A stretch of DNA of 64,000 bases from a bacterium (GTDB taxonomy: Bacteria; Patescibacteriota; Minisyncoccia; Minisyncoccales; UBA10102), in NCBI GenBank assembly GCA_030647485.1, contig JAUSJT010000004.1, positions 109,088-173,087 on the forward strand, given 5' to 3'. The position numbers were made by a program, and so were the translations under genes. The number at the start of each line of letters is the position of its first letter. Position 1 is the first letter of the stretch. This document shows, piece by piece, positions 49,831 through 59,208 of this stretch. Under the pieces are notes generated by a model. That model was not told the DNA's origin, did no database searches, and was given only the letters and a program-made list of their open reading frames with translations.

Positions 49831-50877
49831 ATGCCGAAGAGAAAGGAAAAAGTATACGTGGGAATGTCAGGCGGCGTTGATAGTTCAGTTGCGGCGGCTC
49901 TTCTAAAAAGAGACGGTTTTGACGTTGTAGGAGTATATATGAAGTGCTGGACAGAAGGCGTCGCTTGCACGTCTCAAGACGATGAGAGGTCTGCCAGACT
50001 TGCAGCCGATCACCTTAATATCCCTTTCTATACCTGGAACTTTCTTAAAGAATACAAAGAGAAAGTGGTGGACTATATGCTCAAGGGGTATAGCCAGGGC
50101 ATTACTCCAAATCCAGATATTATGTGCAATAAAGAGATTAAATTTGGGTTGTTCTATGACCGGGCAATGAAGCTGGGAGCTGACTATGTTGCAACTGGGC
50201 ACTATGTAAGGAAAGAAAAGAGGGGAGATAGTTTTGCCTTGCTAAAAGGAAAGGATCCAGACAAGGATCAGTCCTATTTTCTTTCCTTTATCCGTCCCTC
50301 GGTGTTAGCAAGCCTTATATTTCCCGTTGGTAACCATTTAAAATCTGAAGTGCGCGCTTATGCAAAAAAGATAGGGCTGCCCAATGCGGAAAGAAAAGAC
50401 AGTCAAGGAATATGTTTTGTGGGGAAGGTTGAGATGGGAGATTTTTTAAGAGAGCATATACCAACTCAAGAAGGGGATATTGTCTCTGTTGACGGAAAAC
50501 TCCTGGGAAAGCATGATGGTGCTTTTTACTACACCATTGGGCAGAGAGAGGGGATTGGGTTGAGCGGTGGCCCATATTATGTGGTACAAAAAGAGTTCAA
50601 AACCAATCGCTTGGTGGTGAGTACAGAAATGAAGGATATTCTTGAAGAAGAGATTACGGTTAAGGATATTAACTGGTTCTCAAAACCAACAGAAAACCCA
50701 GCAAAAGTTTCTGCAAAATTCAGGTATCGTCAGCCAGATGTGGAAGTGACAATTGATTGCAAGACCGGTGGTATATGCATAGTAAAACCAGATATTCCGC
50801 AACGTGCTATAACCCCAGGGCAATTTGCCGTTTTGTACCAGAACGAAACTCTCATTGGCGGAGGCGTGATTCAGTGA
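49831..50877 (+). CDS. mnmA: tRNA 2-thiouridylase MnmA
   Basis: MSGGVDSS, TPNPD..CN..IKF, ATGHY, KDQSYFL, DSQGICF, PGQ. Confidence 0.97.
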   Translation: MPKRKEKVYVGMSGGVDSSVAAALLKRDGFDVVGVYMKCWTEGVACTSQDDERSARLAADHLNIPFYTWNFLKEYKEKVVDYMLKGYSQGITPNPDIMCNKEIKFGLFYDRAMKLGADYVATGHYVRKEKRGDSFALLKGKDPDKDQSYFLSFIRPSVLASLIFPVGNHLKSEVRAYAKKIGLPNAERKDSQGICFVGKVEMGDFLREHIPTQEGDIVSVDGKLLGKHDGAFYYTIGQREGIGLSGGPYYVVQKEFKTNRLVVSTEMKDILEEEITVKDINWFSKPTENPAKVSAKFRYRQPDVEVTIDCKTGGICIVKPDIPQRAITPGQFAVLYQNETLIGGGVIQ

Positions 50878-50889
50878 TATAATTTTGAT

Positions 50890-52728
50890 ATGGATTCTGG
50901 TTCATTGCGTCACGCGTTCCTTAATTTTTTCAAAGAGAGGGGGCATACGATTGTGCCATCCTCTTCTTTGGTCCCAGATGATCCTTCCGTACTCCTTACG
51001 ACTGCAGGAATGCAGCAATTCAAGCCCTATTACACTGGGGCTGTAGACCCTTTCGTTTCTCCTCATCCTACGTTAGGGGGTAAGTCCCTGGGAAGCAAGA
51101 ATGCTGCCTCCATTCAAAAGAGTTTTCGCACCTCTGATATTGATGAAGTAGGGGATGAACGGCACCTCACGTTTTTTGAGATGATGGGAAACTTTTCCTT
51201 TGGAGGATATTTTAAGGAAGAAGCTATCAGGTATGCGTATGATTTTATTGTGAAAGAAGTGGGGTTAAAGATTGATTATGTGAGCGTATTCGGAGGAGAA
51301 AGTTCGGTACCCGTTGATGAGGAATCCGAACGGATATGGAAATCTATTGATTCTGACCTTGTGGTGAAAAGATTCGGAAGAGCAGATAATTTTTGGGGGC
51401 CCACGGGCAACGAAGGGCCATGCGGTCCAACCACGGAAATTTATGTGAACGGCATTGAGATTTGGAATATTGTTTTTAACCAGTATTTCCAGGACCGCAA
51501 CGGGAATCTGGAACCCTTGAAAACTCCTGGCATTGATACTGGTATGGGTTTGGAGCGATTGGCAATGGTTTCGCAGGACAAGTCTCATGTATTTGAGACA
51601 GATTTATTCAGCTCGCTACAATCTTTTTTACCTTCAGGAACGCACTCTGTCGCATTTAGGCGAACACTTGATCATATGCGTGCAGTATCATTTTTACTTG
51701 CAGACGGTGTTCGTCCATCTAATAAAGAGGCCGGATATGTACTTCGCCGCCTCATAAGGAAAACGGTACTTTATGAAGATAGATATAAGTTTTCTGAAGA
51801 TGCACTTCGTAATATATTGTCGGTTATTACCCAAGAGTACGGTGATTTTTATAGAGAACTGATAGAAAACCAAAATGTTATTCTTGAAGCATTCGCAGGT
51901 GAACAGCAGAAGTTCAGAAAACTTGTTAGCGAGGGCCGGAAACGAATTCATGACCTCATTAAGAAAAAAGAAGAGCAGTCGCACTTTGCGGTGCGTGTTA
52001 AAGAGGATTTTGGTTCAAAAAGCGAGCATTTTATTAACTTGATTTCCGGAGATGAGGCCTTTGATATCTATCAGACGTTTGGCTTCCCACCCGAACTTAT
52101 TGAAGATGAACTTGCGCAGTATGCTTATAGTTATCACAAAGAAGAGTTTAAGCAGGCATTTGAAAGGGCGCAACAGAAGCACCAAGAAATTTCTCGCGCA
52201 GGACTCGAGAGGAAATTCGGGGGACACGGCCTTCTTCTTGATACGGGAGAATTGAAAGCTGCAAACGAAGAAGAGTTGCAGATTGTTACAAGACTCCATA
52301 CCGCAACTCATCTTTTGCAGGCAGGCCTCAGGAAAGTACTTGGGGAAACGGTTCATCAGGCAGGTTCCGATATTACGGTCGAGCGTACTCGATTCGATTT
52401 CACATACGATCGAAAGCTCACTCCAGAAGAGTTGAAGAGCGCAGAACAGCTTGTCAACGAAGCAATTGAAAAAGATTTAAGCATGGAGTACAAGGAAATG
52501 TCTTTCCAGGAAGCCATAGCTACAGGAGCTTTGTATTCTCCCAAAGAAAAGTATCCAGCGCGAGTAAAGGTATACTCAGCATGGAATCCTCAAACAAAGG
52601 AGGTATTTTCGAGAGAGCTTTGCGGAGGTCCCCATGTAACCCATACAGGGGAGATAGGGAAAGTGAAAATCATTAAAGAAGAGGGGGTCGCTGCAGGGGT
52701 GAGAAGAATACGAGCCGTTTTAGAATAA
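50890..52728 (+). CDS. alaS: alanine-tRNA ligase (short form, no C-Ala domain)
   Basis: AGMQQFK, HLTFFEMMGNFSFG, DTGMGLER, HTATHLL, ELCGG.H, GVRRI.A at the very end. Confidence 0.95.
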   Translation: MDSGSLRHAFLNFFKERGHTIVPSSSLVPDDPSVLLTTAGMQQFKPYYTGAVDPFVSPHPTLGGKSLGSKNAASIQKSFRTSDIDEVGDERHLTFFEMMGNFSFGGYFKEEAIRYAYDFIVKEVGLKIDYVSVFGGESSVPVDEESERIWKSIDSDLVVKRFGRADNFWGPTGNEGPCGPTTEIYVNGIEIWNIVFNQYFQDRNGNLEPLKTPGIDTGMGLERLAMVSQDKSHVFETDLFSSLQSFLPSGTHSVAFRRTLDHMRAVSFLLADGVRPSNKEAGYVLRRLIRKTVLYEDRYKFSEDALRNILSVITQEYGDFYRELIENQNVILEAFAGEQQKFRKLVSEGRKRIHDLIKKKEEQSHFAVRVKEDFGSKSEHFINLISGDEAFDIYQTFGFPPELIEDELAQYAYSYHKEEFKQAFERAQQKHQEISRAGLERKFGGHGLLLDTGELKAANEEELQIVTRLHTATHLLQAGLRKVLGETVHQAGSDITVERTRFDFTYDRKLTPEELKSAEQLVNEAIEKDLSMEYKEMSFQEAIATGALYSPKEKYPARVKVYSAWNPQTKEVFSRELCGGPHVTHTGEIGKVKIIKEEGVAAGVRRIRAVLE

Positions 52729-52734
52729 AAAGAT

Positions 52735-53811
52735 ATGCTGCTTGTTGATTTTGGAGAAAGCACCTGCAAGTTCGCTCTTGTGAAAGAATATGAAAAGAGC
52801 CTCGAGGTGCAAGAATGGGGGATAGAGGATATCCGCTCTTTAGAGTATGCAGCAGAGCATATCCTTGAGAGGATGAAAGGCGTGCATGGAGATATGGAGC
52901 CCGTCTTTGTAAGCTTGCCCGCCACCCTATGGAGATCGCGTGTATTGTATGAGGGAATAGAGAGGAAGAACGCGGCCTTGCGCATTGACTCTGCAGAAAA
53001 AGAAACCATCCTCGAAGGTCTTTTTGCGAGGACGCGCTCATCGCTCAAGGAACAGGTGCAAGATTCCTCTGGAATCCTCGCAGAGGACGTAAGTATCCAA
53101 AAGTTGCAGATCCTTAAGTACACGATTGATGGATACCATGTGCAAGACATTTTGGGCTTTCCGGGAACACACCTGGATGTTCAGATTATGGCAGTGTTTG
53201 CTCTTGTAAAGCATCTCCCTATCGTGGATAATATAATACAGAGGTTCTCTAGTATCTCTTCCCCCCGTATTGTTCATCTTGCAGAAGCCCTTGAGGGCTT
53301 TTCTCAAACGAGACCGCAGGACGCAATATACATTGATATGGGGGATGCATTCACCCGGATTATCGCGACGCAGCAAAAACGTGTTGCATTCGTTGACGAA
53401 GTTTCTCGCGGAGGCAGGGATTTCACGCTCTATCTTCAAGAGACCCTTTCTCTGGGAGAGAATACTGCAAAAGATTTTAAAGAACGGTATGCCTCAGGCG
53501 ACTTCTCGTTTCCCTTGAGGGAAGCGGTAAAGGAAGGATTCCTAGCCATAGCAGAAGATCTTGCACGTCTTGTATGTAAGAGTTTGCGCAGTACCAGGGT
53601 ATCTCTTCCTTCTTCTATTTTCCTTTTTGGAGAAGCCAGCAAGCTTCCAGAAATTGAAAAAGCCTTTCTAGGCAACATCTTTGAAGGATTGCCATTCCAC
53701 GAGAAGCCCCGCATCTCGTTCTTGCTGCCAAAGGATCTCTGGACCTTGGAGTTCCCCGGCAAAACAAATCCCGTCTTCACTCCATTATTTTTCTTGCCTT
53801 ATGCCCCGTAA
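52735..53811 (+). CDS. FtsA/actin-like ATPase domain protein (stop supplied by the element)
   Basis: LVD.G...K, ID.G...T, GG..FT, A...K..Y, LFG..S.LP motifs. Confidence 0.65.
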   Translation: MLLVDFGESTCKFALVKEYEKSLEVQEWGIEDIRSLEYAAEHILERMKGVHGDMEPVFVSLPATLWRSRVLYEGIERKNAALRIDSAEKETILEGLFARTRSSLKEQVQDSSGILAEDVSIQKLQILKYTIDGYHVQDILGFPGTHLDVQIMAVFALVKHLPIVDNIIQRFSSISSPRIVHLAEALEGFSQTRPQDAIYIDMGDAFTRIIATQQKRVAFVDEVSRGGRDFTLYLQETLSLGENTAKDFKERYASGDFSFPLREAVKEGFLAIAEDLARLVCKSLRSTRVSLPSSIFLFGEASKLPEIEKAFLGNIFEGLPFHEKPRISFLLPKDLWTLEFPGKTNPVFTPLFFLPYAP

Positions 53812-54103
53812 CATTACATCGGTAGTGTTCTTCTACGTCTATGTACTTTTGAGTTTGAAAGATGGAAACCATTATGTAGGATATACTACTGACTTGAGAA
53901 AGAGAATAGAAGAACACAAGAAGGGGCTGGTGTTCTCGACAAAAACACGAAGGCCCCTCACACTTATCTATTTTGAGGGTTGTCGAAATGAACAAGATGC
54001 TAAACAGCGCGAGCGATACCTCAAGATGACTATTGGTCGCAGATGGCTTGGCACAAGATTGAGGAATTTTAATAAAAAACTGATGTAATGTTACGGGGTA
54101 TGC
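53800..54103 (+). mobile_element. start-codon element copy 4, carrying a GIY-YIG nuclease gene
   Basis: TATGCCCCGT...ACGGGGTATGC ends; 22-nt inverted repeat 53801-53822/54080-54101 (two G-T pairs). Confidence 0.8.
53801..54088 (+). CDS. GIY-YIG nuclease (UPF0213/Slx1-like), 95 aa
   Basis: YVYVL.S....YVGYT.DL..R..EH..G, E......A..RE.YLK. Confidence 0.88.
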   Translation: MPRNITSVVFFYVYVLLSLKDGNHYVGYTTDLRKRIEEHKKGLVFSTKTRRPLTLIYFEGCRNEQDAKQRERYLKMTIGRRWLGTRLRNFNKKLM

Positions 54104-55356
54104 AAAAAAAGAAAGTTCGTGATATTCTTCCTCCCAGGCGTGTCAAGGCGCACGAGCCTGAAAAAGCAACTCCATCTTCTCTCGTGCAGCGTTCCCCACA
54201 AAGAACCCCTAGGAGAATGCTGTTTTTTCTACTCTTTGTCGTGCTCATAGGAGGAATTACAGGGGTGCTTAGCCTCCACTTCTTTTTTGCCAAGGTCTGG
54301 ATTATCGTCCACCCGTACACAAGAGAGGTAACTGCCAAAGCGTCTATGACTGCCCGTGCAGGAATTGAGGGAACAGATATTGAAAAGAGTATCTCCGCAT
54401 TGATTATTAATGAAGAGAAGTCATTGACCAGACTATTTCCTGCGACAGGGATATCTACCGAGGAAGGAAGAGCTCGGGGCACCATACGGGTATTCAACGG
54501 ATTCTCCACGTTTCCTCAAAAATTAGTCGCGCAGACACGATTTCTTTCAGAAGACGGGAAGCTATTCCGTTCTCCAGGAGCCGTGGTGGTACCCGCAGGG
54601 CGTATGGAAGGAGGTAGCATTATTGCGGGATTCCTTGATATTGAGGTTGTAGCCGCAGAATCCAAAGAGGAATACAATATTGGACCTTCTAATTTTTCCC
54701 TTCCTGGACTCTTTGGGAATCCCGCATATACGACCATAACTGGAAAATCATCTGAACCTATGACTGGCGGGTCAAAAACGGAAGTTTCCGTTGTAACAGA
54801 ATCTGATTTGAATGCTGCACGGGATGCTCTTATGGCAGAGTTGCAGCAAGACGTGCGAGAATCCCTGGAGGGCAAGGTGCCAGAGGGTATGATATTGCTT
54901 TCTGACGCAGTAGACCTCCGGGTTGTTCAGGCGTCTTCACCTATCAAGGCAGCAGCTCCGTTAGACAATTTTAATTTCTCTGTGAAAGTCCAGGGAGTAG
55001 CCATAGTTTTTTCCAAGGCCGATGTTGAGAACGCAGCCAAAACGCTTCTTGCCAACCTTACAGAAGGGGGAGAAAAAATAGCCGAACGGGCCGATTCAAT
55101 AGAGTACGAAAACGTGGAAATGAATATGAGCGCCCAGAGCCTTTCTTTTGACATGAGAGCGTCCACGAGGACCTACAAAGAGATTGACCCTGTTGAATTC
55201 AAGGCGCGCTTAGCGGGGATATCAAAGGATGAGGCGGCTTTAGCGCTTTCCTTAAATCCCAGCCTGCAAAAAGCAGAGATTCTTTTATTTCCCTTCTGGC
55301 TTACATATCTCCCCCAAGACCCCAATAAGGTGGAGGTTAGCATAGTTATTGACTAG
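54100..55356 (+). CDS. membrane-anchored hypothetical protein (baseplate-J-like beta domains)
   Basis: [12 protein letters not shown] start, one TM, A.G.I..FN, L...TRF...G..F, G..YNI, MTGG. Confidence 0.6.
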   Translation: MQKKKVRDILPPRRVKAHEPEKATPSSLVQRSPQRTPRRMLFFLLFVVLIGGITGVLSLHFFFAKVWIIVHPYTREVTAKASMTARAGIEGTDIEKSISALIINEEKSLTRLFPATGISTEEGRARGTIRVFNGFSTFPQKLVAQTRFLSEDGKLFRSPGAVVVPAGRMEGGSIIAGFLDIEVVAAESKEEYNIGPSNFSLPGLFGNPAYTTITGKSSEPMTGGSKTEVSVVTESDLNAARDALMAELQQDVRESLEGKVPEGMILLSDAVDLRVVQASSPIKAAAPLDNFNFSVKVQGVAIVFSKADVENAAKTLLANLTEGGEKIAERADSIEYENVEMNMSAQSLSFDMRASTRTYKEIDPVEFKARLAGISKDEAALALSLNPSLQKAEILLFPFWLTYLPQDPNKVEVSIVID

Positions 55357-55393
55357 CAGAATGATTCCTGCTAGAATAGGCCAAGTCGAGTTC

Positions 55394-55618
55394 ATGAGAA
55401 ATTCTACACAAGGAGACCTTGTAAAAATGGGGGAGGTCACAGAAGCCTTGCCTTCTGTTCAATTTCGCGTGAAACTTGAGGACGGAAAGGAAGTATTGGC
55501 CTACCTTTCTGGCAAGCTGCGGATGTTCAAAATTCGCATTCTTCCCGGAGATAAGGTGACCGTTGAATTGAGCCCGTACGACCTAACCAAAGGAAGAATT
55601 ACATATAGGAACAAATGA
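55394..55618 (+). CDS. infA: translation initiation factor IF-1
   Basis: G.VTEALP...FRV.L, SGK.R...[21 protein letters not shown]. Confidence 0.96.
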   Translation: MRNSTQGDLVKMGEVTEALPSVQFRVKLEDGKEVLAYLSGKLRMFKIRILPGDKVTVELSPYDLTKGRITYRNK

Positions 55619-55728
55619 AGATACGCTCTTCTTTAAAAAAAGTGTGCAAGGACTGCCAAATCGTGAAGAGGGAGGGAAGGCTGTATGTGCGATGTAAAAA
55701 CCCGAAACATAAACAACGTCAAGGATGA
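55615..55728 (+). CDS. rpmJ: 50S ribosomal protein L36 (absent from ORF track)
   Basis: [37 protein letters not shown]. Confidence 0.95.
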   Translation: MKIRSSLKKVCKDCQIVKREGRLYVRCKNPKHKQRQG

Positions 55729-55797
55729 GCGAGCTTTTAGCTTGTAGCTGGTAGGCAGATTCTACAAGCTATTTTCTATAAGCTACAACCTAACTTT

Positions 55798-56187
55798 ATG
55801 CCTCGCATTTCAGGGGTTCCAATCCCAGACAATAAAAGTATTTCTGTCGCATTAACCTACATCTACGGTATTGGCTCTTCTTTGAGTGCTAAAATCTTAA
55901 AGGAGGCTCAGATAAAGCCCGATGTAAAGGCATCCTTGCTCAAGCCAGAGGAACTCAACCTCATCAAGGATATTATTGAGAAGAACTACAAGATAGAAGG
56001 AGGGTTGCGAAGAGAAATCATGACCCATATCAAGCGTCTGAAAGACATTGGATCATGGAGGGGCATGAGACATATGAAGAAACTTCCGGTTCGAGGCCAG
56101 ACTACGCGCACGAACACGAGAACCGTGAAAGGAAACGTACGCAAGACCATGGGTTCAGGACGAAAACCAGCCGCTACACCTACATAA
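55798..56187 (+). CDS. rpsM: 30S ribosomal protein S13
   Basis: RI.GV.IP, LTYIYGIG, RG.RH...LPVRGQ.T.TN. Confidence 0.97.
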   Translation: MPRISGVPIPDNKSISVALTYIYGIGSSLSAKILKEAQIKPDVKASLLKPEELNLIKDIIEKNYKIEGGLRREIMTHIKRLKDIGSWRGMRHMKKLPVRGQTTRTNTRTVKGNVRKTMGSGRKPAATPT

Positions 56188-56200
56188 TAGTTATTGGTAT

Positions 56201-56653
56201 ATGGGAAAGAAACGTATCATTGCAAAAAGTGAAGAAACATCGCAAAAGCAATCTTCTAATGCTAATCCTGAAGGAGAGGTTTTGGGCGTGCAAGAAACCC
56301 ACAAAACAAGAAAGGAAGGCCGCATATACATCTTTTCTTCATATAACAATACAAAGATGTCTTTGACGGATCCTGCTGGAAACGTAATTGTCAATGTGAG
56401 CGCAGGAGCCATAGGATTCAAGGGAGCACGAAAGTCAACTCCATTTGCCGCATCTAAAGTTGCAGAAACGTTAAGCACTGCCGCTAAAAACAAGGGAATT
56501 GACAGAGTGGATATTTTAATAAAAGGGATAGGGTCGGGGCGAGAGAGCGCCTTGCGGTCGTTTGCTACAAAAGGCATGGAGATTCTTTCTATTAAAGATA
56601 TTACTCCTGTCCCGCATAATGGGCCTCGTCCTCGTAAAGTAAGAAGAGTATAA
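56201..56653 (+). CDS. rpsK: 30S ribosomal protein S11
   Basis: S.NNT, GFKG.RKSTPFAA, G.GRE.A.R, D.TP.PHNG.R. Confidence 0.97.
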   Translation: MGKKRIIAKSEETSQKQSSNANPEGEVLGVQETHKTRKEGRIYIFSSYNNTKMSLTDPAGNVIVNVSAGAIGFKGARKSTPFAASKVAETLSTAAKNKGIDRVDILIKGIGSGRESALRSFATKGMEILSIKDITPVPHNGPRPRKVRRV

Positions 56654-56657
56654 TCAT

Positions 56658-57188
56658 ATGCAAAAAGCAGTAGTACGAAAAAGAAGGCCAACCCCTCTTT
56701 CAGAATACGGCAGGCAGCTTGCGCAGAAGCAAGAGTTGCGAAACCAGTACAACCTGAAAGAGCACCAGTTCGCAAAATACGTTAAAGAAACCCTCGCCAA
56801 AAAAATCAAGGGGGATGTTACTGCAGCTCAAGTATTTATAGAGAGGCTAGAACGACGCCTAGATAACATCGTTTTTCGTTCGGGCATAGCCGATACAAGA
56901 TCCCATGCGCGCCAAATGGTGTCCCACGGGCATTTTATGGTTAACGGAAAGCGCACGAGAATCCCTTCCTATGAAACGCATGTGGGCAACGTGATTTCCG
57001 TAGTTCCTTCTGCTCTTGGCAGAACGCTATTCAAGAACATTCTTTTGAAAATCAAGAAGTACAACCCTCCTGCGTGGCTGGAGGTGAATAAAGAAACATT
57101 AGAAATTACAAGAAAAGGGGTGCCAAGCTTGCAGGAGTTGGGCTTGGCCGTCGAAGTTCCCCTCATATTCGAATTTTATTCAAGATAA
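56658..57188 (+). CDS. rpsD: 30S ribosomal protein S4 (N-terminally truncated)
   Basis: SEYG.QL..KQ, LE.RLDN.VFR, ARQ.V.HGH..VNG, EFYSR. Confidence 0.95.
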   Translation: MQKAVVRKRRPTPLSEYGRQLAQKQELRNQYNLKEHQFAKYVKETLAKKIKGDVTAAQVFIERLERRLDNIVFRSGIADTRSHARQMVSHGHFMVNGKRTRIPSYETHVGNVISVVPSALGRTLFKNILLKIKKYNPPAWLEVNKETLEITRKGVPSLQELGLAVEVPLIFEFYSR

Positions 57189-57252
57189 CAGAATAAAATG
57201 AGAATACATCAGTAGATGATATTCGAATTTTATTCACGGTAAACATTTATTT

Positions 57253-58029
57253 ATGATTCCTTTCCCAAAGCCAGTTACAATTAAAGAAGAAGCAGGAAAT
57301 AGGGGAGTATTCGAAATTGAAGAATTATACCCCGGGTACGGAGCTACCATAGGGAATAGCTTGCGCCGTGTTCTTCTCTCTTCCCTTGAGGGAGCTGCGG
57401 TGACGCAGGCAAAAATTAAGGGAGTCGCCCACGAATTTTCCACGATTCCCGGCATAGCGGAAGATGTTATTACCATTATGCTGAATCTCAAGCAGATGAG
57501 GTTTAAAATGTATGGAACAGAACCCCAGCTAGCAACACTCAAAATAAAAGGGGAAAAGGAAATACGGGGTTCTGATTTTAAATTGTCCAGCCAGCTTGAG
57601 CTCGTCAATAAAGATATTGTGATTGCGCACCGCACCGAAAAGAGCGGAGAGTTTGAAATGGAGCTTCAGATTGAACGGGGAGTTGGGTATGTTCCAATAT
57701 TGCAACAAAAGAAAGAAAAGAGCGAAATCGGAACACTTCCCTTAGACGGCATCTTTACTCCTGTGCAGAACGTAAGCTTTAGGGTTGAGCATATGCGCGT
57801 TGGAGAGAAAACTGATTTCGATAGGGTCATTCTGGAAATTGAAACAGACGGAACTATGAGTCCTGCAATAGCCGTTCAGACAGCGATAGAAATCCTTCAA
57901 AAGCATTTTGAGCGAATCGGAGAAGGATTGAAAGATGTGAAAGAAGAGGAGCCAAAGGAAGAGAAAAAATCTCCCAAGGAGAAAAAAGAAAAGAAACCGT
58001 CAAAGAAAAAGGAGGCAAAGAAGAAATGA
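57253..58029 (+). CDS. rpoA: RNA polymerase subunit alpha (no alphaCTD)
   Basis: GYG.T.GN.LRRVLLSSL.G, HEF..IPG..ED, D..F.PV, D...LEIETDG; ends in a K/E-rich tail. Confidence 0.95.
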   Translation: MIPFPKPVTIKEEAGNRGVFEIEELYPGYGATIGNSLRRVLLSSLEGAAVTQAKIKGVAHEFSTIPGIAEDVITIMLNLKQMRFKMYGTEPQLATLKIKGEKEIRGSDFKLSSQLELVNKDIVIAHRTEKSGEFEMELQIERGVGYVPILQQKKEKSEIGTLPLDGIFTPVQNVSFRVEHMRVGEKTDFDRVILEIETDGTMSPAIAVQTAIEILQKHFERIGEGLKDVKEEEPKEEKKSPKEKKEKKPSKKKEAKKK

Positions 58030-58376
58030 GAAAGCGAAAGAAAGGGAGAAAATTTTCAATGAAGGCAGATCCCAGGCGGGCGCTCTTGCATTCTCTTTTG
58101 CGGGCTCTTATGGACAAAGAGAAGATTGAAACTACGGAGGCAAAGGCAAAAGAAATGAGGTCGTTTGCAGAGAAGCTTATCACAAGGGCAAAGCAGGGGA
58201 ATTTGGCGGACAGGAGGCATATCACAAAAACATTAGGAGACGACCTTGCAAAAAAGCTTATTGAGAAAATCGCTCCTACTTTTAAAGAGCGCAAGGGAGG
58301 GTATACTCGTGTGATTAAGCTTGGGCAGAGAAAAAGCGACAGCGCAAAATTGGCAATTATTGAATTGGTAAAGTAG
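58026..58376 (+). CDS. rplQ: 50S ribosomal protein L17
   Basis: I.TT.AKAKE.R...EKLIT, R.GGYTR..K, R..D.A. Confidence 0.97.
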   Translation: MRKRKKGRKFSMKADPRRALLHSLLRALMDKEKIETTEAKAKEMRSFAEKLITRAKQGNLADRRHITKTLGDDLAKKLIEKIAPTFKERKGGYTRVIKLGQRKSDSAKLAIIELVK

Positions 58377-58377
58377 C

Positions 58378-58728
58378 ATGGAACGAATTACCCATACAGT
58401 TGACGCAAAAGGACAAAGCCTTGGCAGGTTGGCAACAAGAGTTGCTTTGCTGCTCCGGGGGAAAGGAAAGTCCGCATACGAGCATCACATTGACAGCGGT
58501 GACGCTGTTATTGTCACGAATTTCAAGCATGTGCGCATAACTGGAAAGAAAATGGAGCAAAAGACGTACTATCGCCATTCAGCATACCTTGGAGGGTTAA
58601 AATCCAGGACTCTCAAGGAATCTTTTGCGATAGCACCCAAAGAAATTCTGAGAAAAGCGGTATGGGGCATGCTGCCAAAGAATAAGTTGAGACCAGAGCA
58701 GATAAAACGCTTGCGCATTGAACTATGA
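58378..58728 (+). CDS. rplM: 50S ribosomal protein L13 (short C-terminus)
   Basis: DA....LGRLA, GK.K, D.GD.VIV.N, AV.GMLPKN. Confidence 0.95.
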   Translation: MERITHTVDAKGQSLGRLATRVALLLRGKGKSAYEHHIDSGDAVIVTNFKHVRITGKKMEQKTYYRHSAYLGGLKSRTLKESFAIAPKEILRKAVWGMLPKNKLRPEQIKRLRIEL

Positions 58729-59189
58729 AGGCATTAAAGGGCACAAAGAAAAAGAAAACACAGCGTGCAAAAAAACAAGAAATTCCAGCCCTGGTAGGTA
58801 AGTACCAAGAAGGCATAGGAAGACGAAAAACAGCAGTGGCCCGCGTGAGGATTACAGAGCAAGAAAAGGACGGACTTTTTGTTGTTAATGGAAAGCCTGT
58901 GAAAGAGTACTTTCAGGATGTGGAGTGTCAGCACATTGCACAAGAAATATTTGAAAAGATTACTCTAGCAAAGCCGCTTGGCATTTCCGTATATGTACAG
59001 GGCGGAGGGATACAAGCCCAGGCAGAGGCTGTGCGCCACGGTTTGGCCAGGGCTCTTGTTAAACTTGATCAAACCCTCCGGCCGCAGTTGAGAGCTCTAA
59101 AAGTTTTGACCCGCGATCCCAGAATGCGAGAGAGGAAGAAATTTGGGTTGAAGCGCGCCCGAAGAGCCAGACAATGGAGAAAACGTTAG
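58725..59189 (+). CDS. rpsI: 30S ribosomal protein S9
   Basis: GRRKTAVARV, GGG..AQA.A.RHG, TRDPR..ERKK.G. Confidence 0.97.
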   Translation: MKALKGTKKKKTQRAKKQEIPALVGKYQEGIGRRKTAVARVRITEQEKDGLFVVNGKPVKEYFQDVECQHIAQEIFEKITLAKPLGISVYVQGGGIQAQAEAVRHGLARALVKLDQTLRPQLRALKVLTRDPRMRERKKFGLKRARRARQWRKR

Positions 59190-59208
59190 TTTTTGACATT
59201 GTCTGTAC

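Noticed and set aside
53681..53800. N-terminal 40 aa of the 135-aa ORF-track version of the GIY-YIG protein
   Set aside because: Overlaps the FtsA-like gene; the nuclease domain and element boundary both start at ATG 53801.
54100..55356. Prophage suggested by a baseplate-J-like protein
   Set aside because: No terminase, capsid, tail or integrase genes; the context is housekeeping.
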